Below, in pieces: positions 1 to 13,938 of a DNA stretch of 64,000 bases. Source of the stretch: Zootoca vivipara (lineage: Eukaryota); assembly GCF_963506605.1 (NCBI RefSeq), contig NC_083286.1:27218001-27282000 (forward strand), in the 5' to 3' direction. A model generated the notes under the pieces. That model was not told the DNA's origin. It did not search any database and saw only the letters and a list, made by a program, of their open reading frames with translations. Numbering within the stretch: the first letter of the stretch is position 1; every line of letters begins with the position of its first letter. The position numbers and the translations under genes are program-made.

Positions 1-2720
1 CTTGTCTTCAATATTTCCATTTTAGAGATAGGGAACTGAGTGCACGACACTAATTGGTGAGTTAATAGGTGCACAGCAATTTGGATCTAGACCTCCCAAC
101 TCCAAAACCAACATTCACTATGGTTTTAGAACCTCTGGTTGTTGCGTTTATTGGTGTATTACTTATAAGGAATCTTTATGCAGCAAAATTGTTTTAATTT
201 CTAGTAAATTGTCGCTACAACAATCTGTTCACAGGTACGAATATAAATTAAAAACACATGCAGTTCGTTTTTTTTTAAATGCTGCCTTTTAAAAGAAATT
301 AATGGGAAGGTGTAATTCAAAGTCACCTGTACTGCTGACAGCTTAATCTGGGCATAATATCCCTGGCATGGTTGTACTGTATGAATACTAATCATAATTT
401 AAATAAATGAGTCTTCTTTTCTGAATATCAGTAACATTTGTAGCCAGAAAAATGGGAGAAATCATTCAAATCCAAATGAAGCACTTACTAATTTTTTAAT
501 GTATGCCCCAACTTTCTTTTAATAAAGAACTAACCAACTGTAGTGTTATAGAAGAGAACCTGGCTTATTTTTCCTCTGTGAGACAATTTACTATTATTTA
601 AGCTTGCTCCAGCCTACACATTCCCAGCATACAATAATCTGCACTCCAATACTCCCTTTGACTGGCACTTTCCCTCATTCTCTTATTTCAATTATTATAA
701 TAAAATTCTGAAGGTCCAAGTATGGAGAATGACAATCTTTTGTTTATTCTTACAAACAAAGGCCACCGGATATTCTACATTTGTTTCTCCAGTAGTATTC
801 TGGAAAGTTCACTACTAGAGAATGGAAAGGCCAGTCCAATGTCCTTGCTTCTTATGCAATGTATACTTATTACCAGCTGATGAAAGGCTTTCAGAGTAAT
901 CTCCTGCTCTCCTTATTTTTCAGTTTGTAAAATTCCAGTCTGCAGAAGTGCAGAAATAGCACAACAATTTGAGATTAGCATGAGACTTCCCAACATTCTA
1001 AATAACACTAGACAAAATAGAGAATGAGATAAATTCAGAATGTTTAGATTTGTGGGAAGTAAACGCAAGACGGGAACAGAAACAGAAAAGGAACAGAGAA
1101 ATGTGAAAACCGAAGACACAGAAAACAAGATCTGGAAGATTAATAAAACCAAAATTAATGCATTAAAACTTGTTTAGTGAATGAATGCACTGAGAAGTTT
1201 TAATTCACGGGCATATCTTTGTACATTCTTCACCCCACCATTCTAAATGTTGATCAAATATTTGCCCAATTAGAGAGCAACTATGCTGAAATCCCAGACT
1301 TCTGCAGGCACATTAGGAACCTTGATATACTTCTTAGGCCACGATAGTTAGGTCCTTCTAGATATCAATTCCCTCCATTTCAGAAGTTCAGAGATGGATG
1401 TGGATCCTTGTGTACCCAAAGCAGCACCACCCATACTCAAGGAAGAGAGAAACAGAAAGGTTTGCAAAAGTGCAAAAAAACACCACCCCACCTTTAGGAG
1501 AAAACCCTAAGGGAGGGAACCCCAGAAATAGCCCAGTAAGGACTGAGCATGCTCCGTGCCACAGAATGTTGACTGGGTGGAAGAGGGAGAGAAATAGTGT
1601 TCCCTGGAAAAGGGCATGAGTAACTTACTGAACACTAAACAGGCACAATTCACGCTACAATGGTTTGTTACAGGTCTCACCTGTTTGCTTTACTTGCAAC
1701 AAACAAGTTAACAACACGGGAAGTATTTTATATCTAAAAAGTATAGGATCTGGAACTATTGCTACTACTCTTGCACAACAGCAATTATCCTATATGTGCT
1801 AATATTTCTACCACCCTGTAGACTGATCAACATGGCAATCTCGAGAGTTGCTGCCTGACTTGTAAATACTGTATCTGGAAAGCTCAGATAAAGTGCTGCA
1901 AAAACATTATGTCTGAAGAAAGCTGACACTGCACCTAGGAATTAGTTTATTTCTAGGTAGACATATACAGTATAGGAATGTGGCATTTAATCAAACAATT
2001 TGAGATGTGCATAAAATACTAGTTTTCAACACTAATAATAAATAGCAGAAGTAAGCCAACTTGATTGCATTGTGTTCCAGACAGTAAATGCAAGGTCAGA
2101 TGAATCAATAATGTTGACTGTCAGTTGTCTCTGCATGTTTCCATACACAGACATATGTATGCATATACTGATCATTGCACAGCACAGATTGTGAAAGGGT
2201 AAAGATCTTAAATCACTGTTCTGCACATATGATCAGAAAAACTACAAATATGAATGCTTTGTGTGAAGCTGTTCAATTGATTTCATGTTTTTAACTGTGG
2301 GTACAGGTCTAGACCATGTTATTCATTCTTGATTTAATAGTTCAGAATGAATTTTTAAACATTGTCCTCAGGATTTGTCATGAGGCAAGAGATACCTTAA
2401 CATTATTTGTAATTAATCACTTTTTAAATCTGTAAAATCTCCAGAATTCTCTTAAGCGATAGGATCTATAACACAACAAAAGTTCTTCCTAGACAATGTG
2501 GTTTTGGGCACATGGTACACATATGCCAGGGATACAGGGGACCCTTTTCATCTACTGCATCAGTTCACGGATTTGAATGTTCCCTAAAATAAAGCTTCAT
2601 TATTGAGTTACTATGAAAATTCAATTTCTCCCCTACAACAGCAACTATTGCACTGAAGTTGTATGATCATGGTTTCACTACTTAATAATGCTTACAACAA
2701 CAATGTAATGAAGAGTAGTA

Positions 2721-3080
2721 ACCCAGGTGGCGCTGTGGGTTAAACCACGGAGTCTAGGGCTTGCTGATCAGAAGGTCGGCAGTTCGATTCCCTGCAATGG
2801 GGTGAGCTCCCATTGCTCGGTCCCAGCTCCTGCCCACCTAGCAGTTCGAAAGCACATCAAAGTGCAAGTAGATAAATAGGGACCGCTCCGGCGGGAAGGT
2901 AAACGGCGTTTCTGTGCGCTGCTCTGCTTTCGCCAGAAGCAGCTTTGTCATGCTGGCCACATGACCCGAAAGCTGTCTGCGGACAAACGCTGGCTCCCTC
3001 GGCCTATAGAGCGAGATGAGCGCCGCAACCCCAGAGTCGGACATGACTGGACCTGATGGTCAGGGGCCCCTTTACCTTTA
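2721..3080 (+). mobile_element. Sauria SINE, near full length
   Basis: Head acccaggtggcgctgtgggttaaacc...gctgatcagaaggtcggcagttcgattccc; characteristic body; tail ggtcagggg-cccctttaccttta. Confidence 0.85.
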
Positions 3081-4493
3081 ACACAATAGTAACTCTTCAT
3101 TCTACCAGTGCCACTTTGTACTTTAATTGCCCTGCCATTTAAATTATTTTTTGTTTTCCCTGGTTTCCATATACTGTACTTTCTTCAGACACTGTGCACT
3201 TCTGCTATACAACACCTATCCCAATATGTTGAAAATGGCTATGTCTCAGCAACAAGATTACCCCTCTTCTTCCATTCCAAGGAGTTGCAAATATAATGGC
3301 ACTAAAGAGGGTGGGTATCAAAATTATAACCTGCTTTTTGGAAAAGGTCCAAAGAGTGTGGTCCACATCCAAACAGGGAATAGATTCCTGTTTACAATAT
3401 ACTGTATGTTACATTTTTAGAGTCAACTCCAAAATAACCAACCGTTCAGTCACTCAAAAGATGTTCCTCGATGCATGCCATCTCAAAACATTTAGGAATT
3501 TCTAAAGAACCATAGTCTTCAACCATGGCACCCATGTTTAAATTTTAAACTGCATGTGTCTGCCTTTCTTCCCCTTTCTTTCATTCTACTGACATCACCT
3601 TGTTCCTATTAAATGCATACACAAACACTCCAAAAATGATGGTGGTGTGCTTTTGGTGCAGCCTAAGTGTGGTTGGGAAGCCATGATTTTTTTTATAGAA
3701 TATCTGTAAATGAAGATGTTGCATACAAGGAATGAGGGTAGGGAGGGAGATCTCTTTAAGTGAAATGAATGAAATTTACTAACAGAACCGTAAGTTGAAC
3801 CAATATAATTTACCCAAGGTCTTATGAAAAAGTTATAAATACGATTCCTGATAACTGACCCTATCATTAACTCCAGAAACACTATTAAGAGCCAAATTGG
3901 TATATGGTCAACTTATTACAAAAATAAATAACAGAACATGCACACTTTTCAAAACTTTATAATCATGCAACTGTCAATCAAATTCAAAGCTGAAAACCTC
4001 ATAGAAAATTAGTTGGTTAAACTGCTTTACTGTTCTATTAGTTCCAGCTAAATGTCTGCATGAAAAAACAGTTTTTCAACCCTCCAAGATGTGTTTCTTC
4101 TCTGAAACACAACTTCCATATCAGAACAGCAGGTGATAGTCCTCTTTCTTTTGATCTTTTCACGTTTCTTTAAGGAATGAACTTATTCAAATGGCAGTAA
4201 TTTACAGAAGATAGTATTTTCAGTTCTCTTTTTCTATTAAGCTATACTGTATTCTAATAACCTTATACTGGTTTAGAAGTTGACCAAACTAAGGCAGCAA
4301 TCCTAACTCCACTTACCTGGGAGTAAGCCCCACTGAATTCAATAGGACTTACTTCAGGGGACAAGATTAGGATTGCACTGAAAAGCTACAATATTAGCAT
4401 AATTACAAGGAAGTAAACCCCTTGGAACTCAATGAGACCTCTGAGTAAATACATTTAAGATGGCTCTGTTAACTTCATATTACAGTATCTTAC

Positions 4494-4939
4494 CCAGAGA
4501 GGACAGTCATGTACCACCAATCTGACATTTCCAAACACACAGGCTTGATATTCGGTGAATGCAGGATTTCTAACATAGTTGGCAGAGTTTAACAACAAGC
4601 TGCTGTCAGTCTCTGAAACCAGAGCACTTCTCCCAAGATAGGTCCAAATCAGACTCCTCTGCTGATCATCCTCGGAAAAGCCACCTCTTTCATTTCCAAA
4701 AGCTACAACGTGAACGGACCTACAAATAAACAATGTTTTTAATCTGCTGGTATCAAACATCTATTATGACGAAATGAAGAGAATGTGGGAAGGGGAGAAG
4801 AGGGGGGGGAAGCAAATGATGTTTTTCAAGTGACAAGAAGAATCATTATTATTTTCTCAAGGCACACGGTTTTTTTGTGTTTTTGTTTTTGCCAGAGACA
4901 GGAAACACTCAAGGAATAAATAACACAACCCACGTACAT
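4494..4939 (-). CDS. RHOBTB3: Rho-related BTB domain-containing protein 3, 5' part. Exon 1 codes only 'AT' (4938-4939); exon 2 is 4494-4719. The gene continues left of the window.
   Basis: Exon 2 (226 nt, tttgtag|G TCC ... TGG|gtaaga) encodes SVHVVAFGNERGGFSEDDQQRSLIWTYLGRSALVSETDSSLLLNSANYVRNPAFTEYQACVFGNVRLVVHDCPLW. This closely matches the recalled RHOBTB3 N-terminus (MSIHIVALGNE...FTEYQASAFGNVKLVVHDCPVW). The upstream gatcAT|gtacgt supplies a split ATG (this exon-1 assignment is inferred). Confidence 0.92.
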
Positions 4940-5039
4940 GATCTTAAATCCAAAAGCAGGAGAGCAAGGTGACTATGGATCCTGCAAAAGCTGCTTGCAT
5001 TATAAATCCAAAGCCTCTTGGGTTTATTCTTTCTCCATT

Positions 5040-5530
5040 TCCTGAGGTTGTTTCATTCACCCCGTCGACGGCCGTGGGGTGCTTCCGCCACCGTCCTCCT
5101 CCTATTCAGCAATCCCTTCTCTGCAAGTCGAAAATGAGCGTTAGCTCTCTGTGACAACAGCTCGCTGCTGCCGAAGGTGAAACCGGCACGTAAACTCAGC
5201 AGCTCCCAGCTTCGAGCTCAGCCATTTGCCTCGTGACGTCAGTAAACCCTACCAACAAAGGGTATTAGCACCCGCAAAGGGAAGAGCGGCTCGACATTTC
5301 TGCAGAGCCAACATAATACGGTCAGGTCAGCAGAGGGAGAGAGAAAAACAAAGTGTGGCGTTGGGAACAGCAGCATCTCACCGAACGGAACGAGCCTACG
5401 TGGTACATTGCTGTTGCTGCTACTAGCGGGAAAGAGATCCATAAATACATGAGCTCACTGGCAGCCAATCCACTTCCAGTCATTCCCAAATGCGGGAAGG
5501 TGGCCAGCCCGAGCTGGGGCAGAGGCGTCA
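5040..5530 (-). promoter_or_regulatory. CpG-rich promoter / 5' UTR region of RHOBTB3 with a full CRE palindrome TGACGTCA at 5234-5241
   Basis: Local CpG enrichment directly upstream of the RHOBTB3 start exon; exact CRE octamer. Confidence 0.6.
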
Positions 5531-7116
5531 ACACTCAAGAAAGAAATGCCCTCAGTTTAAAACATTTGCTTTCAGACCTTTCACTGGCACAACAGAGCCG
5601 TTGTTTTGAAAAAAAAAAGGCGTTTCAGATGCAGCATCATGCTTTGTTATTAATAGGAAGGTTGAATTGCATCTTATATTTGATTGTAAATATATATGAT
5701 TTTTTAAAAGATGTGGTCTCTAAATAAAGTATATTTTGTTCAGTAAGAATTTGTTCACTATGTCTGTTACCGTTTAAAAAGAGAAATACTGTAGGTGTTT
5801 TATGAGGCTCTTAATTTAAAAAAAACCCTGCTCCTAGCAAAGCTACTGCAAATCAATTTTGCTATACTGTATAAAAAAATTCTTAACAGTAATAATATTA
5901 ACTTAAGTTGCAGACCCATTGAAATCAATGGACTTTAACTTAGATGGATGCAACAATATGGGCTGTCCCCAATGTGTTATACTCAAGAGTAGATCCATTA
6001 TAAGTAATTGACATAGCTTAGGCATTAGTTTAAATGGGTTAACTCTGAGCAGAACTTAGTTGGATACCACAGTATGTATACCAAATATGGGGGGGGGAGT
6101 AAAAGCAACGAAGAGCACTTCAGACAAGGTTGGTCTGGTTCCTGTAGCACATATTTATTACAAGGACTAAACAGAAATCTTAATTTTATTTACAGTAAAA
6201 CGTTTTGGCTTCCACCTTCATCAGTCGCTCTGATAAAAATGATGCTGTTCCACAGGTGGTAGTTAAGATACCTTTGAGGATGCTCAGAAAGCCTTCGTTC
6301 CATCAAGGGTGCTGGTACCACCCACTAGGCTGAGGTCATGTGGTGTTAATGTGTCCAGCATGTACAGCCAGAAGTTCTCCCTTTTTTGCTAACACTGCTG
6401 GATCTGTTGGCATATGTCTAGAATTACTATTGCTAATTCCGACAGGCCGCGTTTCTCAGAAGTGTTTGGCAAACGCTTTGTAGTTTCTAAAACTGTGCGC
6501 CTAGCTTGTAGCTTTACCTATATATAGTGGATACACATGAGAGGAGCCTTCCTGTTTGCTTTGTTTTTAATCCTTAATAAATGCAGCAAAGGCAGGAGGC
6601 GTTGAAATACCGGTACTACTTCTGGGTTGTGCAATGTGTTGCTTTCCAAAATAAAATATGCAATTAATTCCTATAAAAACATACAGGCTGCAGACACGGA
6701 CGTAGCCAGGATTTTTGTTGGGGGAGGGCAGGCTTTTGTTGGGGGGGGGAAGAATCTCAGTTAGTTAAGTTTTTTTCTTGATGGGGGGGGGACTCCCACC
6801 CTGCCCACCCCCTTTGGATACACCCATGAGTCTTCTCTTTGAGGCTGCAAGTGTATTTACACATTAAAAAATACGAGTGACCTTATTTATACAGTATTGT
6901 GGAACTATCCTCAGCATGCTTCATTAGGCTGATTGCAGAAAGAGGGGGGGCGGGTGTTCGATACTGTTTTTTTGTGTTGAATATATGCTATATGGTAATT
7001 TATCGACCTAATAATAGGTATCTAAAGCCATTTGCACATAACAAAATATGTATTTTATCAAAGCAATTGTTGAACTGAAATACAATTAAAAAGAAGTATA
7101 TTAATAGTGAAATGTA

Positions 7117-7189
7117 GTTGTTTAGTCGTTTAGTCGTGTTCGACTCTTCGTGACCCCATGGACCAGAGCATGCCAGGCACTCCTGTCTT
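7117..7189 (-). mobile_element. Extremely 5'-truncated BovB/RTE 3' tail
   Basis: Near-identical to the 3' end of the BovB copies in this window (gagtcgaacacgactaaacgactaaacaac). Flanked by an imperfect repeat, gtgaaatgta/gtgaaataca. Confidence 0.8.
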
Positions 7190-7479
7190 TGTGAAATACA
7201 ACCCTATATATAGAAATGAGCAAACCAATGATATTTTAGGGAGAAGGCTAGCAGGCGGGGCCCATTACTTACATCATAGGAGCCTACACAACACAAAACA
7301 CTGTTGCTGTATGTAGGTTTTATTTGTTTTTTATATTATATTTTGGAAATGTACATCCAGTGTTCTTTTTCCAATAATTTTGGGGGGGGGGCTCAAGAGA
7401 GTGGGGCCCTAATCTAGCTTATACTTAAATCCGGCACTGCATGGTAAAACGGGTGACGTAGGAACAGTCATACACCGAC

Positions 7480-8110
7480 CAAGGTGGAATAAAATATGAG
7501 GCGGGGGAGAAGCTCCACCCACCCCCGGCCAGAAGAAGAAGAGGAAGAAAAGAGCACGAGACGAGGGGGCCATGAGGGGAGACTCAAAGAACAAGGCCGC
7601 CTCAGCGCTCGCCCGCGCCGCCTCTGCAGAAGCGCAACGGCCTCTCGCGCTCCCTCGCGTTGCCCTGGTTACTGCCCGAGCGGGCACCCCGCTTCCCCAC
7701 CCGCCGCGGCCGTTTGCCGCCATTCTAAGAAGCGCGTGCCGGCGAGGATCGGTTTGGCGCCCGCTCTGCTCCTCCGCCCGCTCCCCCTCCCCTCCTTCTC
7801 AACGTGACATGCACCGAGCGAGGCCCCGGTGGGGCGCCGCGGCCCTGTGGAGCAGCGCGGCCAGGAGCCGCCGCTACTGGAAGACCGTGGGGCAGCTGGA
7901 AGGCATCGTGTCGGAGCAGGACACGGACCATCACTTCGTGCACCGGAGCACCATTCCTACCATGCACTTCCAGCCCAGCTTGCCCAGGTTCCCCCGCGTC
8001 GCCGTTGCTCCAGACTTGCAGGGAGTGGGGAGGGTGTGTGAGGTAGAAAGCGGAGCCGAGGAGGAGGAAGAAGAAGACGAAGAAGCGGGAAGGCGAGCAG
8101 GCCCCTCGTG
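7480..8110 (+). promoter_or_regulatory. CpG island covering the promoter and exon 1 of the CPT2-like gene
   Basis: Very GC- and CpG-rich stretch in an otherwise AT-rich region; overlaps the first coding exon. Confidence 0.75.
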
Positions 8111-8238
8111 CCTTCTTCCTCCTTCTGCTCTCCCAAAAAGCCACTCGTTCCAGTTCCCAAGGGGGGGGGGTTAATATACAGGTGAAACTCGGAAAATTAG
8201 AATATCTTCAAAAAGTGCATTTATTTCAGTAATGCAAC

Positions 8239-8277
<39 letters not shown>

Positions 8278-11200
8278 TATTTTTACAAATGCTTTCTTTC
8301 GGAAATTCTACAGTAATAAAACAAATAGTTACAATAATACAAAAATAAACATAAACATCGCTATTACATTTCATTAATTGCATTCCATTTATAATTGACC
8401 TGCCTAAGGACAAATAATTACAATTGCAACAAATAAAGGCTTGACATATCTTCCTTTGCAGGTCATGCATCTATCTCATATATTGGTTTCACCTTTTAAG
8501 TTGCGTTACTGAAATAAATACACTTTTTGATGATATTCTAATTTTCCGAGTTTCACCTGTATGCACAGTAATTTGCACTTAAGAGCAAACGCAACAAAGC
8601 AACCCAAATGAAAGCTGGCCCGCTTGCTGGGCAGAGTGCTTGAGGTTGATCCTACTTGAGTGAGTTCCTCATTCCACCCTGAAGGGCAAAATATAAGTAA
8701 GATTTCTTTGACCACGTTGCACTTTTGCATTGTGAGTCGTCTCAGGACCACTTTTAAAAGCTGTCACCTTAAATAATAATGTAGTTACCATCTGCAGAAG
8801 CTTATGCTGTGCAGTATATTGGGTTGTAATCCTATGGCCACTTATTTTAGGGTAAGTTGGTTGAGCTTTGTGGAAGTAAATTTTCCGGTAAACAGATAGG
8901 ATCACGCTCTTAGGCGCCAAGGCACCACAATACTTTTTGTGCATGCCAGCTTAACACTAGGATCCATTGTGGGTACACCAGGCAGAGATGAAGCACTGAT
9001 AAGGGGCATTAGCAAAGCCCAGAGCTTTCCAAGCTTTTCATGTTGGTGACACGCTTTTTAGGCGTGCATCATTTTTTGACACTGTAATTCAGTTTTATTA
9101 GCAAACCGGAGGTCAAACTAGCCTCTTTCCATCTCCTGGAGGACTGCAGGGAGCATTCGCACGACACACAAACTGCAGCAGCCGATGCGCTCATGCATGT
9201 CCTGGGCAGAAGAAGGACCTGAGAAGGATTCCTTCATTGATTTTTTAATAAATAATATTTATTGACATTGTGTGCACATCTGTCCACCTAACATTTGTTC
9301 TATTAAAACTAATTTCATATTAGTTTACTTGCTAAACCTAAACATTAAGACTAATTACGCCTTAATATGTCTAGTTTACTGGAGTAGTTGCACCCTGTTC
9401 AATGGCTGCTCACAATCCGTAAATGGATGTAGTGCACATGTGGAAAGTGTGCAGCATTTAATAACTCTTTAACCATCCTGATTATGCTGCAGGATTGTAG
9501 GAAGCATTAAGCTGCTTGAAATAAGATGTTTTTTTGTAGGAGACAAGTGTTTCAGCGCTTCTGATCCTCACAGGACAAAATTTTGTTGTGTATCTGTGCA
9601 TGTGTCTGTGAGCATGGGGATAGCTCATACTGGTCCTCACCTGCTGACATTGCAGATATAAATCAGTATGAGTGAGGCACTGCTGGTTTGCTACTGTAGG
9701 GGGTCCCAGATATGTGAATGATTTTGCTTCCTCTGATTTTCATTGTGCATTATATCCTTTAAGTCTTAGAAGGCATAAAAATTAAGTGTGAATGTATCAG
9801 TGTGGAAACAGAACTAGTAATCTTTCCACTCTTACTGTTTTTAACATTTGTAGAGAAGAGGCTCGGGTGTCTTCATCATTTAAATTGTCTTTAATTTTTT
9901 AAAATAATACTTGTGGCAAGTAAGAATCACCTCTGGGTGATCAGGCAACAAAGGCTTTGCAAATTAAAAGAGTATTCTCCCCCACTCCAGGTAATCTATA
10001 AATTACGTGTCTATGTGCCATAAATTATTAATTTAAATATGAATGAACAGGTGGGCTGGTACATTGAAGGGGAGGTAGTAATCTCTGAGGATTTATGTGC
10101 CGGATCTATAATTTGTCAATATCCATTTGTAGATTGCCTATTCCAAAACTGGAGGATACTATTAATAGATATTTAGCTGCCCAGAAGCCACTATTGAATG
10201 AAGAAGAGTACAGGTACAAGAAATGACACTTGCAATTATTACAATATGTCAGATGTAAACACAAAAATTAACATTTGCTCTCCAGCTCTACCACCAGCAG
10301 CTGCTTAAACATCTACTCTCTTGTATGGCTCTGTATGTGTTTTCTATTGGTGCTCCATGCCAATAGGAAGAGCTGTTGTATGCTTGGCATACTGATTGTC
10401 CCAGGTTCAATCTTCAGCATCTTGTCTGAAACCCTGCAGAGATGCTACTAGTTAGTGTAGAAATAAGACAAAGGCTGTGTACACACTAACCCATTTGTAT
10501 CACAAAAACGTAACCTTTCTTGATCAAGAATTGTTAATGCCTGTCCTCAACATGCTGCTTTCAGTCTTGATGCGCTGCTTATCTCCCGCTTGGACTACTG
10601 CGATGCCTCTACGTGGGGCTAGCTTTGAAGGTGACTCGGAAACTGCAATTTGTAATCCAGAATGCGGCAGCTAGAATGGTGATTGGGAGTAGCTGCTGAG
10701 ACCACATGACCCTGTCCTGAAAAAGCTACATTGGCTCCCAGTACATTTCCGAGCACAATTCAAAGGGCTGGTGCTGACCTTTAAAGCCCTAAACGGCCTC
10801 AGCCCTGTATACTGCCCTTCTGGCGGTCCTCACACTGCGAGAAGTGAGGTTACAGGGAACCAGGCAGAGGGCCTTCTCAGTTGTGGCGCCACCCACCAGA
10901 TGTTAAGGAGATGAGTAATTACTGTATATAACATTTAGGAAACATCTGAAGGCAGCTATGTATAGGGAAGCTTTTTCAGGTTTAATGTTTTATTGTGTTT
11001 TATATATATGCTGGAAGCCGCCTAGAGTGGCTGGGGCAACCCAGTTAGATGGGCAGGTTACAAATTAATAATAATAATGATAATATTGATTCTAGATCCA
11101 GCCAGCCACAAGGTTTGGTGTGATTACTTAGTACCCATTTGAAAACCCATGCCTTGTTTAGCTTATCCATGACTTTTCCTCCCTGCGCATGTCCCAGGTG

Positions 11201-13903
11201 AATGAAGAAGGAAGTGGTGATTGTGATCTTGATATAGGCCCACCCACAAAAATATTGAGCAGTTGTTGATACACACACACATTGCCAGGACCGCCTACAT
11301 CTTGTTTTTGTCTTTTTTCAAATGGACACATTGTGGGGTAATGCAGAATCAATCTGCAATGAGCTTTTATTTTCAAAATGGAACCAATTTCTCAAGAAGC
11401 ACTTTTCAGGGGGCCCCAAAATAAAAAAATATTAAATAGATCTAGATTGTGTGTGGAATATGTAGGGGGGAAAACAATAACTACACAGTCTCCAGTGGTT
11501 CTTCACTAAACTGTTGTGTATACACAGCCTGAGCCAACTGGACGTATTCTCTGACTCAATGTAAAATAGCTTCTTATATTTACTGGTAACTCCTTCCCAG
11601 AACAAATGTATGGTGCCGCTTCCCGCTCCTCAGAAACCACAATTTCTGTGAAACCTTTGACTTAAAAGCACAGTTTTCATCCCTAGCTGAAGGAAAACAA
11701 TCTAAGATGCAATCCTTTGCACACTTACTTGGGACATGTATGTTGATGGTGCTGTTTCACTAATAATTAGGGGTCCAGCCCTTGTTTTTGGTTGGCAGTG
11801 CACTTCCTCTCCCCCTTCCCCCAAATTCTTTGGTGTGTTCAGATTATGCAAGGGAGTTTCCTGCTCAGCTTTGGAGAATCAGAAGTGGCACAGGACACTA
11901 GGGAAGGACTTCTGCTTCTTCTGCCTTCTTTTGCTGAAGGAACTAGGGAGAGGGGTTCTGGTGTCACTTCATACTGGGTTTGAGAGGTGGCAGAAACAGC
12001 CCAAGTCATTTTGCTGCTTCTGCTTCTCTAAAACCTAGCTGTTAAGGCCCCTGATAAGAGAGACCAGTCCCACCTCAGGTTCTTTCCACATGCACTGTGG
12101 AAGACTCTTCTGAGTTCTATGGAATTTGTAGACACCATAGGGGACCTGGAATTTGTGTTGAATAATCCAGGTCAATGATTCATGCAGCAAGATCAGGAAG
12201 ATTTGTCAAAGCAAACTCTCTTTATGGACTCCTAAACAGAATTCATATAAACATTTACTCCCTCAAAAACTCCAAGCCTGGAATTACAACAATTTCTATT
12301 TACAATATTAGTTAGCCTTGATTTTGATTAAGGAGCACACCTAACCTGACTCTTTTCAGAGTCATATTTACTTCATCCATTAATTTCCTGTGATGTTTAT
12401 TTAATGTGTGATTTGTTGAAACACTGCTCCTGCACAACCCACATTAATGTCAAGGTGTGTAAGGATGGCACTATATATTGTATATATGTATTACATAAAA
12501 GGGAACCATATTAACTAAATATTAAAATTTATTATAATAAATGCTGTTAAAATCCAGTGCTAAGATGAGTTACACTTTTTCAATTTCTAGAAATACTGAA
12601 AAAATTGCTAGAAAGTTTGAAGCTGGAGAAGGGAGGTTACTACATCGTGATCTTCTGGAACATGATAGACTTAATAAGCATACAAGTTATATAGCAGGTT
12701 GGTTTTTAATTTTCTTGCAATTAAAAAAAATACCCATGAACTTTCTTACTATTATTGATGTTTATTCCAGAGATAGTTTAGGAATTATTTTTCACCATCC
12801 ATGCTCTCTCATTATGTGCTGATTGTTTTTCCCACCAGATTATATATTTGTGATGAAGTAGTCATTTAAGAATTCCACTTCATGTGGAGACTGCAGTTGA
12901 ATGCTGTATCCCAAAACCTAAAAAGTTGATTGCACAATGGCTAGTTCACTCATGATATCTAGGTGAATAACAGAATTGTCACATGATCACTTTTCATTTT
13001 CAAATTGCAGACAAAACATAATCCAAGCAGAAAAAGCACTCAAAATGGTCAGCTGAATAATCTCTGTGCCTCTGCTGAAACTTTCTGTCTGGTAGACTAT
13101 TTACACATTATTCTGTATCTTTTAGTCCTCAGAAGCATGACCAGTCTTCACTTCTATTACTCTCTACAAAAAAATATTAATTATTATCTTCAGTGTTTTT
13201 CAAAGTTCTTAAATCACTGGTTTTGTTTCAAGTTTTGGAACAGTCAAGTCTGTGTGTTGCATATTCCCCAGATAATATCCTTATTTAGTATTCATTAGCT
13301 TAATGAATGCACATATTCTGTTAGTATTAGGTGAATAAATATTGACCAATATAAGAAGAGCTTATTGGATCAGACCAAAAGCCGGTATAGTTGAGCACTC
13401 TTTTGCTGTTGACTAAGTAAATCTCTATGGGAATCCCATAAGCAGGACATAAGCACTATAGCACTCTCCCACTTATGATTCCCAGCAACTAGCATTTAGA
13501 GGCATACTTCCTCTGATATTGGAGGTAATATATAGCCATCATTGATAGGTTTATCCTCCATAAATTCATCTAATCCCCCTGTAGAGCTGATTAAGTTGTC
13601 AGCCATCACTACATTACATGGTAACAAAATTCCATAGTTTACCAATACCCTGCATGAAATACGTTATTTCTGTTTCTCTGTCCTGAATCTCCCTAAAATT
13701 CAGCTTCAACTGATTACTCTGGGGTATTGAATTTTTCAACAGCACACATACTTTTGTACATGTCTATTATTTCCCTTATGCCTGCTTTTTTTCTAAGCAA
13801 AAAAAAAAACATAAACAAAAATCTTCTGCCTAGGGAAGTTGCTCCAGCCCCTTGATCATTTTGTGAATTGCACATATTCCAGCTCTCTAATATCCTTTTT
13901 GAG

Positions 13904-13938
<35 letters not shown>

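Noticed and set aside
1-4490. RHOBTB3 exon 3
   Set aside because: No segment resembling the expected DIFDSDW...GTRQNE peptide was seen; it is probably left of the window.
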